Shown here: positions 28,073 to 28,967 of the stretch, one piece after another
Layout: each line of letters begins with the position of its first letter
How positions within the stretch are numbered: position 1 is the stretch's first letter
Virus record (IMG/VR): IMGVR_UViG_3300044513_003272
Coordinates: 1-28,967 of that record
From: a virus
Taxonomy: Duplodnaviria > Caudoviricetes
Length of the DNA: 28,967 nt
Strand: one strand, 5' to 3'
Notes under the pieces: generated by a model
Database searches by the model: none
Told to the model about the DNA's origin: nothing
The model's input: the letters and a program-made list of their open reading frames with translations, nothing else
Translations under genes and position numbers: made by a program

Positions 28073-28359
28073 TAGTTTAATTTTTGCCTTGTAATTTCAT
28101 CAACCGTGTCCTGGTCAAGCTTCATTCGAATACCTGCTTTCACTAATTTATATTTTCTAGGATTAGAATATTTTTCAAATTGTAAAAGAGATGTAATTAA
28201 TTTTATTGCAGCGTTAGTAGGATCATTTTTATATGGTTCATAATTATGAATGATCATTAACTTGTGAAGCTCATAGAACTGGCCCCATTTGACAAAAGCT
28301 TTTTCCCATTTTTTTAATCTGGTTTTAGTCCAATAGTTTTTAGGTTTTTTTCGGGACAT
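28072..28359 (-). CDS. Hypothetical basic protein (95 aa)
   Basis: ATG start, coupled to the downstream ORF, with a TAGGCT -10-like hexamer 4 nt upstream. Confidence 0.6.
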   Translation of the reverse strand: MSRKKPKNYWTKTRLKKWEKAFVKWGQFYELHKLMIIHNYEPYKNDPTNAAIKLITSLLQFEKYSNPRKYKLVKAGIRMKLDQDTVDEITRQKLN

Positions 28360-28380
28360 GGATAGCCTAGAGAATAATTG

Positions 28381-28416
28381 AAAAAAATAAAAATGCTAGT
28401 TTTTTTTTTAACTAGC
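28381..28416 (-). terminator. Putative intrinsic terminator
   Basis: The minus strand reads GCTAGTT-A8-AACTAGC followed by ATTTTTATTTTTTT, at the stop of the 28408 ORF. Confidence 0.5.
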
Positions 28417-28596
28417 GATATCTAGAAGACCTTTTTTAGCGTCTTCAACACTTTGATCATTAATCTTTTTTTTAAGATCTTTGATCTTTATATCGATCCA
28501 CTTCATGTCAGTCGTTACTCTGCCTTGTGCCAACGCTTGTGTTGCCCACTTGGACTCCAACTGAAGCTTCTCCGATATTAACTTTTGTAGTTGCAT
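28408..28596 (-). CDS. Small coiled-coil hypothetical protein
   Basis: GGAGG SD (28610-28606) lies 9 nt before ATG 28596 (MQLQKLISEK...). Confidence 0.65.
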   Translation of the reverse strand: MQLQKLISEKLQLESKWATQALAQGRVTTDMKWIDIKIKDLKKKINDQSVEDAKKGLLDIAS

Positions 28597-28786
28597 CTCG
28601 GTCAACCTCCTCGAAGGTTATAAACAGAAAGTCGGGTTTATGAAAACCAGCGCCTTCGTGTTCTGTTACATCTCCTGAGTCAACCTTCTTTGAAAACGTC
28701 TCAAGAGCGGCCTTATCGTTCTCAGCCTCAAGCATCTCATCAACATATATATTTTTATAATTTGCTTGGACGCGATATAGCTTCAT
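28508..28786 (-). CDS. Hypothetical protein (92 aa)
   Basis: ATG 28786 immediately downstream of a near-consensus promoter. Confidence 0.65.
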   Translation of the reverse strand: MKLYRVQANYKNIYVDEMLEAENDKAALETFSKKVDSGDVTEHEGAGFHKPDFLFITFEEVDRDATTKVNIGEASVGVQVGNTSVGTRQSND

Positions 28787-28791
28787 GTAGT

Positions 28792-28821
28792 ATTATATAT
28801 CAAATTGTATGGTAATTGCAA
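28792..28821 (-). promoter_or_regulatory. sigma70 promoter, probably leaderless
   Basis: Minus strand TTGCAA (28821-28816)-N18-TATAAT (28797-28792), 5 nt before ATG 28786, no SD. Confidence 0.6.
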
Positions 28822-28965
28822 CTATGAGGGTGTTCCAGGCTTAGGAAGTGGTATAATTGGCTTTTTTCCTATCTTTTTACATTGAAATCTTACAGCTAAT
28901 TCCTCTTTATTAACTCTATTTGGATCTAATTGTTCTAAAGATTTGCCGCTGATGTCATAACCTGC
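28822..28965 (-). CDS. Hypothetical protein, 5'-partial
   Basis: Open frame from the window end: AGYDISGKSLEQLDPNRVNKEELAVRFQCKKIGKKPIIPLPKPGTPS*. Confidence 0.55.
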   Translation of the reverse strand, partial: AGYDISGKSLEQLDPNRVNKEELAVRFQCKKIGKKPIIPLPKPGTPS

Positions 28966-28967
28966 AA

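Overview
AT-rich, gene-dense segment of a tailed dsDNA phage with podovirus-like organisation. The gene set resembles marine SAR11/Pelagibacter HTVC023P-like phages (inference, not searched). From left to right: (1) the 3' end of a Kelch-like repeat virion protein; (2) a translationally coupled enzyme cassette of a coiled-coil protein, a sulfotransferase, four 2OG-Fe(II)/DSBH oxygenases, a SAM methyltransferase and a ParB/Srx-domain protein; (3) tail/virion genes with a GT-B plus GT-A glycosyltransferase pair embedded among them; (4) internal/ejection virion proteins and a small holin-like ORF; (5) a replication module of PD-(D/E)XK exonuclease, inverted SNF2 helicase, SSB-like protein, AEP primase, SF1 helicase, DUF3310 and a family A DNA polymerase with Leu at the 762-equivalent position; (6) small minus-strand ORFs. 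The most interesting signal is a candidate multi-step virion decoration pathway (hydroxylation, glycosylation, O-methylation, sulfation) encoded inside the morphogenesis module. Several small ORFs missed by the ORF track and several apparently leaderless promoters were also found. No rRNA, tRNA, CRISPR array, integrase or transposase was seen.
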